Positions 35,101-47,954 of a stretch of DNA of 64,000 nt are shown piece by piece. Each line of letters starts with the position of its first letter. The stretch's first letter is position 1. Below the pieces are notes generated by a model. That model ran no database searches. It saw only the letters and a program-made list of their open reading frames with translations, and was not told where the DNA came from. Source of the DNA: Psilocybe cubensis (taxonomy: Eukaryota); NCBI GenBank assembly GCA_017499595.2, contig CM039001.1:1736001-1800000 (forward strand), written 5' to 3'. Made by a program: the position numbers and the translations under genes.

Positions 35101-38100
35101 GCCCAGAGTTAGCTGGCGGTATTGCTCACGAGTCTCTTTAGCTCGGAACAAAGATTGAATTTTGACAACTTTGTTCAGGTTTGCCCGGTAATAATCGATC
35201 TTCTGTCGGAAAGCGCGTCTTTGCATGGCACCGCGTAATAGAGCTTGTAACATGGTCGCGACAGGGTGATTTCTTTGAATGTGATCTTTCCAGGCCTGAT
35301 ACTCTCTCCTGAGAATGGCACCACGCGCTGCAGCCTGAATACCAAGGACATCAGGCATTGCAACATCCAGTTTTTTGTCAAGCTCCCGGTGCTGATTCCG
35401 AATGATAGCTGCCTTTGCGAATGCTTGTAATCGACCAACAGATTTAATGGTATTGACATCCACTAAGGCCTTCTGTAAACTGACGTGGCGCTGACGAGTG
35501 AGATTAGCTCTCGCACGGGCTTGCAGACCAACAATGACACTGGTTGCTTTCCGCAGGCCTCGAATGAGCATTAGCAATCTTTTTCTTGCTAGATAGGTGC
35601 GTACGGCAGCTTGAATGGAAATGACAACATGGGTGACATTTTCCAACTTGGCTATTTGAGATCGCATCTTCCTTCTCATTATCAGGCCTCGACAATGAGC
35701 TTGTAAGGAGATAATACTGTTGCTAGAGTATTGCAGACTGCGTATACGTTGCGCAACTCGGCGTCGAAGGAGTACGGCTCTAGCATGAGACTGAAATCCT
35801 ACAATGGACGTGCCTATCTCTGGAATAATAAAAGATTTCGTGAGCTCCTTTTGCGTCCGTCGCTGAAGCACACCACGAGCAGCGGCCTGTAAGAACTTTG
35901 TAGGGAAATTGATCTTTCGCAAGGCAGCTTTGAAACGCTGATATCGTCGACGTTGAAGTACACCCCGTATTTGGGCTTGGAGTCCGATTATAGAATTAGT
36001 CGCTCTTTTCAAAGAGCGCAGACGTGCACGCCAGCGTTGCCTCACCAAGGCAGCTCGAGCTCGAGCTTGAAGTGCGATTGCCCACGAAAATAATAGATCA
36101 TGCGATTTTCTCTGAGCAAGCAGTTGACGGCGAACCAAAACTGCCTTGGCTTGGGTTTGTAATTTGATGACATGCCGTTCCGCAAGGCGAATTCTGCCCT
36201 TGAATACGACCAAGGCCTTCCTTGCAAGATAACCACGAGCACGTGATTGAAGCATTATAATCGAAGATTCGTTTTCAAGAAGCAACCTGTCGCGCCCTTG
36301 TTAACAGTTAGCGGCAATTCAAAAGACGGTATTACATGACATACTTTCGTCATCGGTCTCAATTTCGACTTCGGGTTCTTCATTGATTTCTTTTGCCAAC
36401 TCTCTACCAACATTACCAAAGTTTGGCATAGGAACACCTGCTTCTTTCAACCCCTTTTGTGTTTGTTGTAACTGGTCATCAGAAAAGTGTAAATGGCCCA
36501 AAAGATTGCCTATTCGTTGTGCCATACCCCTCCGGGCAAGAAGATGGCTAAGTACAGTCAAGACCAAATTAAATTTCAAGACCTGGCAAAAGCATACCTC
36601 AATGCATGAATGCAATAAATAACTTTCGGCAAGTTCTTCTTCTCGTACAAATCTGTTAGCTCAAAGATAAAACCCTGAAGTAATATATGAGATGAAAACA
36701 AAATTTAGTGGTATGATGCATACCTCAGGGAGTCCCACGTCTCGTACGAATTTGAAAAAGTGGTTGATATTGTCGGAATGTCGGAAATCTAATTTGGGCG
36801 CCTAATTGAAGGAATCAAACACTGGTAAGCTTCAGTCAATCAATGAACATACCTCATAGATTTTTCGGACAGCAGCATCCCCCATGAATGTCCTAACAAG
36901 TTTGGCCAGTACCACGCCATTTCGAAGACCCTCTTCCATCTCAACAACACCAAACTCAAGTTCTTCTCCCAAGCATCCTTCGATCCATTGCTGGGCTTCT
37001 CCAACATGACATAGATATTCGTAGGCGTGAAGGAGATGTCGTTGTTTATCGGCCCATGAGCCACCGAGAAGACGCGAAGAAGGAGTAGGAGCAATCATAT
37101 TGGGATTAGGTGCTTTTAGAGGGATGCGACCAGGCAACCCTGCAATGCCATCATTATGAACGACACCGGAAGGCGACACCTTGGCTTGGTGCCTATCTGT
37201 ACTGATGTCTCGGCTCTGCAATGCTCGGGTGCGTTGAGTTGGAGAGCTTTCTGTCCTTTGTGGCTGAGAATCATCGACCCATGAATCATCAGCATCACCA
37301 CTGGCAATGCGAGGAAGATGGTTACCGAGTCTTCGCTTTCCGGTGACTGACAAAATTTCGCTGTAGGAATCCGCCTTTTTATTTGCCATATATGAACTTC
37401 GGTATGGAGTCGGATGCATTGGGGATGATCCGGGAGTACTTGAACTTGAGGTGTTGGGTGATGGTAGATCCCTCGAGTTTGAGGTGACAGTGCCATTTCG
37501 GGACAGAGGACGAGGAAATGATCGCTTTACAGGACTTTCGGCGGTGGTTCCAGGCCCTGAGTTTTTGACGAACAAATACTCTGTTAAATTAGGAGACTCA
37601 GATTGTTGGGGGGATTTTGCATTCGCCCGGTCGCTCCTCGGAGTGATAGTTCCCATCCATTGAGGCGTAGAAGAATCTAGGGTGTGGGCCCTATGAACTC
37701 GGGTTTGGGTAGACCCACTGGAGGATATGTGCTGCCCCACAAAAGTATTCGAAAGGTCGTCTTTTGTGTTCACATGAAACGATGGGATGGCATTTGTCGA
37801 TGCAACATGGGGTATGTGTATTCGTTGAGGGGTGGAGGAAAGTGATGAATCAACTTCCACTGATACACCTGTGGAATTTGGAGATAAGGGGGTTGTTATG
37901 ATAGGAGCAGGAAGCGTCTGCCTCTTTAGATACTTGGGGGTAGTGTGATTATCCCTGGTAGGTGTTGAAGTAATTGACGTAGGGGTAAGCGGTCGATCGG
38001 GATCGAGGAAATTATGATTGTCGAAAGTGGCGGAGGCATTTGTGTTATTAGCTACACTGTGGCTTCTAGATCGCAACGGTTCTTTCGTCGGGGTTGAGCT

Positions 38101-38415
38101 CGCATTCAAAACGTCCTCGATATAGGATTCTCGAGACCGTTCTTCCCATTTTCCTCGTACAGCGTCCAGACTGTTTCCCACCCTGTGTGAAGGAGTCCAT
38201 CTCCTGGGCACAACAGATCCAACCGACGATCCCGTGGAATTGGTCAAGATACTAATGCTAGATTGTGAGCTACTTCGTGACAATGAGCTTGAGCCTCCTC
38301 TTGAAGAAGTGCGTTCCAATAAACGCGTTTGATACGCAAAGGGGCCCGATGAAGCAGGTCGTGAGCCATTGTGTGCATTCGAGGAGCTGGAAGACAGAGA
38401 GTTTGAGCGATCCAT
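32111..38415 (-). CDS. IQG1: IQGAP (Iqg1/Rng2-like): CH domain, IQ repeats, RasGAP-related domain, RasGAP_C
   Basis: LHAYEYLCHVGEAQQWIEGC...LRNGVVLAKL (CH), many LQAxARG repeats, FYRYINPA (GRD), and RKRLQRQQE...VNFELFLFQINKKFYA. Confidence 0.95.
35090..36285 (-). repeat. Tandem IQ-motif array in IQGAP
   Basis: More than ten [IL]Qxxx[RK][GA] units, e.g. LQSRARGYLAR, LQAQIRGVLQR, IQAAVRTYLAR, IQSLFRAKETR. Confidence 0.85.
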
Positions 38416-38867
38416 TGGTTTTATGTCATGCTAGTCGTTGTCGGAAGAAAGAGTTGGACAGATCAACGTCAGAGAGTTGCGTCAAAGGTCGAACGGCTGT
38501 AGGCCCGAGGACTCCAGTTTAATGGCTGAACGTAGTCACGTGTTATTGGCTTCTACGATTTCTGAAGTTGATTGAGCGCCGGAACCGCGGCCCACGGCGG
38601 GGACGACTATTGCCAACAAGGGAAATTCTGTTATCACTGTTTGATATTTCATTTCTTGTCATTCCCAATACTGAGACATTCATTGGATATTCAAGAGCAG
38701 ATAATAAGGAGTGAAATGGTCCATTATCTTACGGTAGGGTCGAAGTTTTCTTTGCGGAAATATTTACCGTCATGGGTAAATAATTGTATCTACGAACAGA
38801 AAGCTGTGCATTGAGTGTACACTAAGAGGAAAAAATGGATATGAACGCTCTACAAAGGAGGCCAATT

Positions 38868-41699
38868 TCACAATTTTGTGGTGTTCAATGCTTTCGACGA
38901 TCTTGCTAGCCATATTGCGGCAGCCATTTTACGAAGGTCTGCCTTGAGAATTTTTCCGGATGGCGTTCGTTCTACATGCGAACCGTACATCAGTCAGATA
39001 CTCGTTATATTAGTGTGATAGTACAAGGCAGAACACGCACCGAATGGTTCATTCTGTATGATTACCAATACGGGAACTGCATGTCGTGGCAAACTTGTGA
39101 AAGGAATCAGGCATTGGCCAGGTAATAGATATTGATTGTCAATGAGAAGATACCTTTTTTGCGCTTGTGAGATAAGTGAAGTTTCAGTTACTTTGCCATG
39201 GTACGCGGGCTTGATAGAAACTATCACTGCAACAAGTTCTCCTAGACGCACATCGGGAACACCGACTGCTGCAACTTCAAGGACTCTTTCGTCCGCATAT
39301 ATTGCGTTTTCGACTGAGACAGAATCCTATAAATTATATGACATTAAATCTGCAACTAGTGGTGACTTTAGCATTGAAGCACTAACAATGTTTTCTCCAC
39401 CGCGTATTATTATGTCCTTAACTGGATGCAGAGAATATATTTCAGCAGGAAAAGACCATCAGAAAGGAAGGACGTACTTCGATCGCGAATATACAAGAAT
39501 CCCTCTTGATCAAGGTAACCTAAATCACCGGTTTTGAACCAACCATCCTTTGTAAGGACCTGGGGCAAACCACGTTTGCATTGCTTGAAAGTACATATAG
39601 CGAATGTATGGTACCTTGTGAGTGGACTCTGTAACTCGTGTAAATAATGCATCGATAAATGAAACAAGACGTTCTCCGACCTGGGTCCTTCCAATAGCCT
39701 TTCATTACATTTGGCCCTCTGATCCAAACTTCGCCCACAGTATTTGGAGGGACGACAGCATCGTTGATCACGATGACAATGTCATTTATAGGAGTAGCTA
39801 GACCGCTACTCAAAGCTGTCAGAAAAGTTTCTGCAGTAGTAACGACACATTACATTACCAACTCATAGGTCGAGCAAGATAATCTTCGCCAGCTTTGGTA
39901 AACAGTCAGCCTACAAGCCGGCATGTAATCATATGGAGCGTACCAAAACCAACTGCCACGCTGCTAGTCTCAGTCAAACCATATCCCTGGCTCCTAGTAT
40001 AATTATTTAGACCAGATAGGTACGCAAAGGTACTAACTTACAAGCTGGCTGTAGGGAAAGATTGCTTGGCACGCTCAGCCAAAGAATTATGTGCAGGAGC
40101 TCCTCCAAACATTAGAGATTCAAGTGGATGACCTGAGCAAGAACTGTCGGAAAGGTCTGAGACCATGGAAGGGACACTGCGGTTTCATGATGAACAACAT
40201 GAATTGAGGAAAATCACATCTCCTACCCGCCCGCGATGGCAACGTTTTCATTTATTATCAATCTTAATGTTCGATTCAGCTTTTTTTTTGTAGCATGCTG
40301 CTGTCGAATTACCTTGCACCTATAGAAGTGTAAGGGACACGAGAACGATGATAGAATTTAAGAAGCATCTACCTTCTTCAGGATTCCACTTCCTCATCAT
40401 AACGATCTTCAAGCCAACCATAGTAGACAGCATCTTGAGGTAGAGTTAAATCAAGTAGGGCCTGTATGTTTTCATAAACGGACACACCGTTAAACTGGTC
40501 AGACCTGTGACATGGAACAGGGGTACAGAGAGTAATATAGCCTTCTGTGGTCCAGTCGGTGGTGGAGGTATGCTTTCTCCTCGTCTAAGAGCTGCCCTAC
40601 GACCTCCTGCCGTTACCTGTATAGACATTTAGGTTTATTGAAAGGGACACAAAATAAGCATAACTCGCGTTGAATATGTTGCTTAAAAATTGTCTCTGGG
40701 TACTGAGAACACCCTTTGGCATGCCGGTCGTACCTAAGGAAAGGAATAGTCGGAAATAAATGGAAAATTGAACTAAAGTTTGACACCTACCAGAAGTGAA
40801 TAGTATAGTCGCGTTGTCCTCGGGTGTGAGTGCAGGGTCCAAGGACAGAATCTCCTGAGAATCCCCTTTGTAATCATCAAATGCAGCCTTCCAAGTCTTC
40901 ATGCCCTCCCATTGCCCTTTTCCTTCGTCGGATTCAAGAACCAAAATTCCATTACTGCCTGATTCTAAAGTAAGCTCTTTCGCAATAGGCTCTAGCTTAT
41001 CTGCACGTTCCGGATCGACAATTATGAGCTTGCACTCTGTGCGGGAAATACAGTACCGCAATGCATCCAAAGGTGACCAACTTGCAGAGGTTCAGGTTAG
41101 TGATCAATTTAAAACACAGCTTTGCCATACGCATTTGCCAAAGCAGAGACAGCTCCAAGGAGATCTGGGTACACGGTAGTCAAGTTGACGCAGTTGATGC
41201 GAATGAAAGCCATGCTGCACTCACGACAAGCCCAAAAGGCGACCAGAACCTCTGGGAAGTTTCGTGAGCAGATAACCACTCTGTCTCCTGGATGAAAGAT
41301 AAGAAAATCATACTTGGGGAAGAGACAAGACTCAAATGCCCTACCTTTCCGAACCCCGTACACGTGATAGAATATGGAAGCGGCTTGCAAGGAACGGTCA
41401 AAGACTTGACCAAAGGTAAAGCGCTGCTTCTCGAATACAGTGTAGATTGCATCCTTGTGCTCGCGAGCTGCCCATAGCCAAAAGACGCGTAAATCTGGCC
41501 AGAGATTCTTATATACACGGAGCAATTGACCGTCTACAAGTCTGGTTTCGGTTTCGTGCATCTGGCCAGGGGCAGTGAGAATTTCCTCAACTACAACAGA
41601 GATTGTGACATCATCCATATGAGACGGTGGGCAAAAAGATAAATTAGACGAAATACCCTGCTGAAGAGTTCGCTTGGGAAACCAGGATTGGGCAGCCAT
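38868..41699 (-). CDS. AMP-dependent acyl-CoA synthetase/ligase (long-chain fatty acid or aryl-CoA ligase-like), possibly peroxisomal
   Basis: ILFTSG|TTGMPKG (A3 motif), VPLFHVTG, QGYGLTET, GEVWIRGPNVMKGYW, GWFKTGDLG, RTPSGKILK. It ends in TKL*. Confidence 0.93.
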
Positions 41700-43207
41700 A
41701 ATGATGGAAGAGATGGGGAAGGAGGACAGAAGAATGCATCATCAGAGTTGGACTTATATTAGACACAGTGAATGCGGGGAAGACCAGCAGAATACGGTAT
41801 TGCGGCTACAGAACTTGCCGGAGATTATGCATTTAGATTGAACATACGGGTCACGGATATCCGCATTTGGTAACGAAATGGTCAGGTAATGCCAAGGTTC
41901 ACCCCACAGTCCCCAAGTCTGTCAAATTACTTTGTCTTCGTCCTCAACCATCTTCAACATGTTCATATTATTCGATCTGACCACACCGGCTGACCCATGA
42001 CCCGTGTGATCTCAATATCCTCCTCGTTTCTGACATTCGATTTTTCTTTCGTCAACCTTTTCCAGTATCATGCTCGCCCTTTTCGGATTCGGCATATGGA
42101 TATAAAAGCTTCCACCATTTCTTTCTGGAATACAGGAACTACAGAAGTTTAAGGGCTTTCGTGGCAAGGTAATTATCAGCGAAGGTGTGTCAAATTCTCA
42201 TCTGTCACCCTTCATCCCTAAACGCCACATTATCGTAGCCGTCGAAATCCGACCCAGACGCGATGTACTTATTTCGACCTTTTCAGCCGATCAACCATTT
42301 GCTCAGCGCATTTTATGTCGAGTCCGAAAGTTCTTTCTACTGACGAGTCAATGTTCTATATTCCGCTTTGGAGAATAGGAATCTCGTCTGTGCCCCGTAT
42401 TGTCACCTTGGATTTGTGCACTTGCCCTTGTCGGCCTGAAGTTGGAAAGCGGTGGTCCGAAGGTGGGCAAAGCTTATCAAAAAAACGAAGAACATTCTAC
42501 CAGTTGGTTATCGTCCCCGGCACCTTCCTTTGGCCCTTGACGTTACCCTGTGCGTCGTGCGAAGACGGTTTAAGTGTCGTGATAGTTGATTGCAAGGCCA
42601 TGAAAACCCACTCTTGAAAGACAATGAGGGACAAAGATTATAATGTCAGGACTCCACCACGATGACGGTCGTCTTTTTGCTGGCAAAATGTCGTTTTCCA
42701 TTCCAAATCGCGGTGTCATTTTAGGTAGGAACAGATTTAGCTGCGAATTCGTCGATTTTGCCCAAAACAAGTTTAGGGTAATATGGATACTTACATTGTA
42801 TCTGTGGACAATTTATCGATAGCGATAACTCGGACGACAACAAAGATTTACATAACAGGAAGCGAATGCGCTCTGATCATGCAAAATTGAAGCCTCGCGA
42901 ATTGACCACAGTCAACAGGGTTGTCGCGTGAGGTGGTCCAGAAAGAAAATTTTGGTCCCTTCCAATCCTACTGCCTATCCTTTCCCTAGGTCCGTGACAA
43001 ACCCAACACAAGAAAAAAAATATGCGCGGATATTGAAATACATCAAGAGTTTGGACTGCGTGAATGACCCCGCATTCTTCACTGTGGAAATCTTCATGGA
43101 GGTTATCGTTTTTTGTCAGTAAAGAAATTGTAATCGTTCTGTTAAATTATCCGTACATCCTTATGATCAAAAATAAGGTATGCCATCAATGAAAATGCAA
43201 TAAAACT

Positions 43208-44169
43208 TCAATCTTTGGAGATATTTTTTTCCCACTCATCCAAGCCGAGTTTGGTTCTCTGCAAATTCAGTTGATCGGGGTCCAATTTACGGAATTCGAT
43301 TTCGCTGTTGATAAAACCCATGGGAGATGGATGGTCCATGTCAAACAAAGCAGACTCCGAATGCGACAAGGATGCAGACTGAATAGCTAAAGCAGCAAAT
43401 GATTGTGTCGACTCTCGATACCTGCATAACGCGTTAGAAATAACTTTTAAGCCAACAAAATACAAGACACTCGCAAACTGAAGTGGTCCGAATATCCCAT
43501 CAATTTGGAAACATATTGAAAATTGGTTCAAAGAACGTACCGGAACGCTTCTTTGTTGAAACAATCGGACTCCTGGAAATCGTCCAAGGCATGCTTCTTG
43601 AACGCAACTTTAATATAATGGAGGATATCAAAGACGTGATGTTCCTTTGGCCTGCAAAGAATTAACAACAATTCTTCATGGATAAGTCCTTGGAATGAAC
43701 TCGCCTCCATGGCTTGAACCGGGCAGCAAGATTGAAGGAGCCTGATGTCGAGATGAGCGGGTGGAACACATCCGTCAGAAAATCAACGCTAGGAGGACTG
43801 TCAGGATAATTTCTAGGAAACCTAAGGCGAAATTTGAGAATCGAGTCCGCGTAGTATCCTACAGGCAACAAGGAGATGATTTCGGCCATCTACGACCATA
43901 ATAGGAGAGCTTGCACCTTGATGAACGAAGAAAACAGCATCCCAGACGAGCAAATCGTTAACAGTTGGGACCACATATATGCCTAGAGGGCAATGCGCAG
44001 TATTTCTCAGAGACATGTACTCAAGAGAGACCGCACTTCGTGCAATAATATCCTCATTTCCTTGGTTTGAGTGGGGCGCGTGTTGAGCAATTGCAGTGGG
44101 TCGCGAAGACTGGGATGGATTTGTTGGATATCCAGTATCCACCGGAAAACCAACGAATTTGCCGAGCAT
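43208..44169 (-). CDS. Ubiquitin-conjugating enzyme variant, AKTIP/FTS-like (no catalytic Cys)
   Basis: CPLGIYVVP...LVWDAVFFVHQ|GYYADSILKFRLRFPRNYP..PP...VFHPLISTSGSFNL. Asn occupies the catalytic Cys position, and the FHPL/W-x-x-V-x-F pattern is typical of AKTIP. Confidence 0.8.
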
Positions 44170-44309
44170 GATTTTCTAGGATGTGTTGGGAAGACTCTGG
44201 AAGACTTGGTTTTCAATTCGATCATTTCATTGAGCTTCGCGATCACGAGGTACCCAAACGATGATGTTCCTGTGAGAGAGCTGCGAGTTCGCCATCATGG
44301 CCACGAAAT

Positions 44310-44320
44310 TGACACGTCAC
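44310..44320 (-). promoter_or_regulatory. UPRE/CRE-like element (TGACGTGT) upstream of GRP94
   Basis: tgacacgtcac lies about 160 bp upstream of the GRP94 ATG and matches the bZIP (Hac1/XBP1-type) ACGT core. Confidence 0.4.
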
Positions 44321-44478
44321 CCATGCCAGCAATCTGGGGAAGATTATTACATACTTAACGGTCCAATCTGCACTTTGAAGTAAATAGCATATACTCCTCT
44401 CATATCCATCATCCCCTCTTCTGTTTCTGGGTTCCAGCGTTTCTCGGTACCACTGGCCATCTGGACTAGGCGATTGAG

Positions 44479-47400
44479 ATGCGTTTCACCGCCACCCTCC
44501 TTCTCTCTCTGGCCCTCCTCTCGTCAGGCGTTGTCGCAGAGGATGCGGCTCAACCCCCTAAAGTTAAACACAATTACCAGGTGTGTAAAGCATTGCTATC
44601 AACATATTAAACCAGCTGAACACGCTCCTAGAGTGATGTAGCTCGTTTGCGCAAGATTGTGATCAACAGGTGAGTGTTATGAGCAGCACATCTATGCCCT
44701 TAGCTAACATTAGACCGCTAGCCTTTACTCGCATCAGTGAGTTTCGTATACTTATCGACATTCAGAAGGAGCCCAACTATCGTTACAAGGGAAATATTTC
44801 TTCGCGAGCTCATTTCAAACGCCAATGACGCCTTGGAAAAATTGCGACTTGTCTCTTTGACCAACAAAGCCGCATGGGACGGATCGGACCCCCTTAATAT
44901 CACTATTAAGGCGGTGAAAAATGAGGATGGGAAAGGTGGCCGTTTGATTGTTGCAGACACTGGAATTGGTATGTCACCAGAAGAGCTTACAACCAACCTG
45001 GTAAGTCCATTGCTTCCAATCCCTCACCATGCAAAATTTTGACTCTTTTCCAGGGTACTTTGGCAAAATCAGGCACTTCTGATTTTCTGGCCAAGGCAGA
45101 AGGAGGTGAAGCAACTGCCACTGGGAACTTAATCGGCGCTTTTGGTCTCGGATTTTACAGTAGTTTCTTGGTTGCTGACCGCGTCGAGGTAGCCTCTATC
45201 CCCCCTAAGTCGGAGAAGAACCCCAACCCTGTTCAGCATGTCTTCAGCTCCTCCGCCGACGATAGTACTTTTGACGTTTACCCAGATCCCCGGGGAAATA
45301 CCATTGGCCGGGGGACAGAAATTACTCTTTATTTGAAACCTGATGCCGAAGAATATCTTGAACCTGCCACCCTCTCAGCTCTTGTGTAAGTTTTCTACAT
45401 TGGGGTTTCTCTTGACGCCACGCTTATCAATGAGTCAAGTCATAAACATTCGGCATATTCTTCTACATTCCCAATTTATCTATTTGAACGATGGGAGGAA
45501 GAAGTACCTGAAGAAACCCCCGAAGAAGCCTCTGCCCCTACCGATTCTCAAGACGAACCGCCCGTGGAACCTAAAGAATCTCTAGGCGCCGATAGTGACG
45601 ATGATGAGGCTTTAGTCGAAGACGTAACAAGGGATGAAGAAACCAAAGTTGAGCCTCCACCTCAGAAGATGGTTAATGTGACCAGGGAGCAATGGAGTCG
45701 TCTGAATTCTCAGCAGCCTTTGTGGGCGAGGTATGTAAATCGCTGTATACCTAAACCTATTTCCTACGTTTTGACCGACCTCAAATCAGAGACCAAAAAA
45801 ACATCACTGAAGGTGATATATTTGGTTTTTCATTGTATATGAATCGGTGCTCACCCGCCTCATCGGTATAGATGAATACAATTCCTTTTACACTTCGTTT
45901 TTCAAGGACTTCGGAAAACCTCTTGCTTGGCAACATTTCTCTGGCGATGCAGGTTCTGGAACAGCTTTTAAGGCTCTCCTTTTCTTCCCAACCAAGCTGT
46001 ACGTCAGATTAGGAATCTAGGAGCAGTGAAAATAATACTAACGTTCACAACGAACAGACCCGAGGATTACTGGCAGAAACCACTAGAGTATAAGTCTAAG
46101 GATGTCAAACTGATGGTCAAGCGCGTATTCATCACATCAGACCTTGGAGACCAAGCCTTGCCGCAATGGGCTAGCTGGGTAAAAGTCGTTATTGATGGTA
46201 AGAAACCGTTATTTCTCTCAGCTGCTCTGTATTGAATTAAATTTGTTCAGCTGAGGATCTTCCATTGAACGTGTCCCGCGAGACCTTGCAATCGAATCGA
46301 TTTATGAAGCAATTGCGAGCTCTAATTCTCAAGCGCATGATTCAGCTGTTCGCAAAAATCTCTGAGGGTGATGACAAGGCTAAATTCGATAAAATGCAAG
46401 AAACCTATGGATCCGTTATCAAACTGGGAGCGGTGGAGGATAGCAAAAACCGCGAGAAGTTGGCATCTTTGGCTCGGTTTTCTACCAATCATAGGAATGA
46501 AACAACATTCGACCAGGTGATTTGAGAAATCTCTGAAATCGTGGAGTTATTCTAATTCAAATTTCAGTACCTTGAGAGGATGAAGAAGGGGCAGAAACAA
46601 ATCTTTTATCTGGCCGAAATCGGCAAGAAACCCGCAGATCTTGCTCAGAGTGTCTTCATCGAAAAGCTCCATGCTCGTGGTTATGAAGTTCTTCTCCTCA
46701 CTGAACCATTGGATGAAATTCTTCTTGGACATCTCCGTGAATGGAAGTGCGTAAACTTACAGATAGGATATGATGCACTGAATTTAATTGTTGTCAGAAA
46801 TGTGCCTTTCCAGGATGCCGCCAAAGCCGGCCTTAAATTCGGTGACGAAGGTACAGTGCCATAGACCTTTTCACATTTCCGTCTTCTCATTGGCCATCGC
46901 TCTCTAGACCTGGACCCTGAGGAAGAGAAGGAACGCATGAAGCAACTTGAAGAAGACTTTAAACCTCTCGTTGATTACCTCAAGAAAGAAATTGGAGACA
47001 CCGTTCGTGACGGTAAGTATCGGCCAAATCCCATATTTGTATCAAGTTCTTATCTTTATTTTAGTTGTTCTATCACAACGTCTCGTGAAAAGTCCTTGTG
47101 CCATCGTGGCTGACGCCCATGGGTATACTGCTAATGTTCAAAAGATGATGAGTAAGCATAGTCGACTTGCTCTTTCTGTTGACCTTCTCATTTCCGCTAG
47201 CTGCATCCCAAGCCAAGGGCAACCGGGGTGGAATTTTACACGACTACATGTTGAAAGCCAAGGTCCTTGAGATCAATCCATATTCCCCTCTCATTGAGGG
47301 CCTCTTGCGCCGCGTCAAAGATCTTCCTACCGAAGATGAGGAACGTGACATCGACAGCGAAGAAGAATTACAAGAGGTTACCTCCATCTTGATTGATGGC

Positions 47401-47818
47401 GCACTGGTTCGCTCTGGATTCGATGTTCCCGACAGCAACAAGTATGTCTTCATTCGGCATTACTGATTACCCCGTGTTGGATTCTCAATGTTTGCAGATT
47501 CTTCTCTAGGGTTGACCGAGTTCTGCGGAGATCCCTGGGCGTTTCAGAAACCGCTGATCCCCACGTCGAGATCAAGCCTGCTCCCCCGATCGCAAGCAAG
47601 GATGACGAACCTTTTGACCAAGGAGGCTCAGCTGCTGTTGTTGAGGACGAAGATGACGGGAAACCCCGTGTGATTCTTCCTGACCATTTGAAAGATAAAG
47701 TAAGTCGTTGGATTTCTACATCTTGAATTTGAAGGTTTATTTATATTCTCGAAAGATTTCACTTGAAATGGAAGAGATTGATGAAGATGGCAATGTAGTG
47801 ATGCACGATGAGCTATAA
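44479..47818 (+). CDS. GRP94: ER Hsp90 (GRP94/endoplasmin)
   Basis: Signal peptide [74 protein letters not shown]-terminal HDEL*. Confidence 0.95.
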
Positions 47819-47954
47819 TTATTTCCATGTGTAGTAGTGAAGTATGATAATACAATTCTCTTAAACTATTTAGTACATGCTTCGAGCTTCAACGCTCGAT
47901 AAACACATGAAAATCAGAAAAGAAAGGATTGCTTGATAATGAAGAAAAAAGTAA

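Noticed and set aside
13501-41699. PPTase + acyl-CoA ligase + MFS transporter as a secondary-metabolite cluster
   Set aside because: No PKS, NRPS or terpene synthase is present, and the genes are separated by core housekeeping genes.
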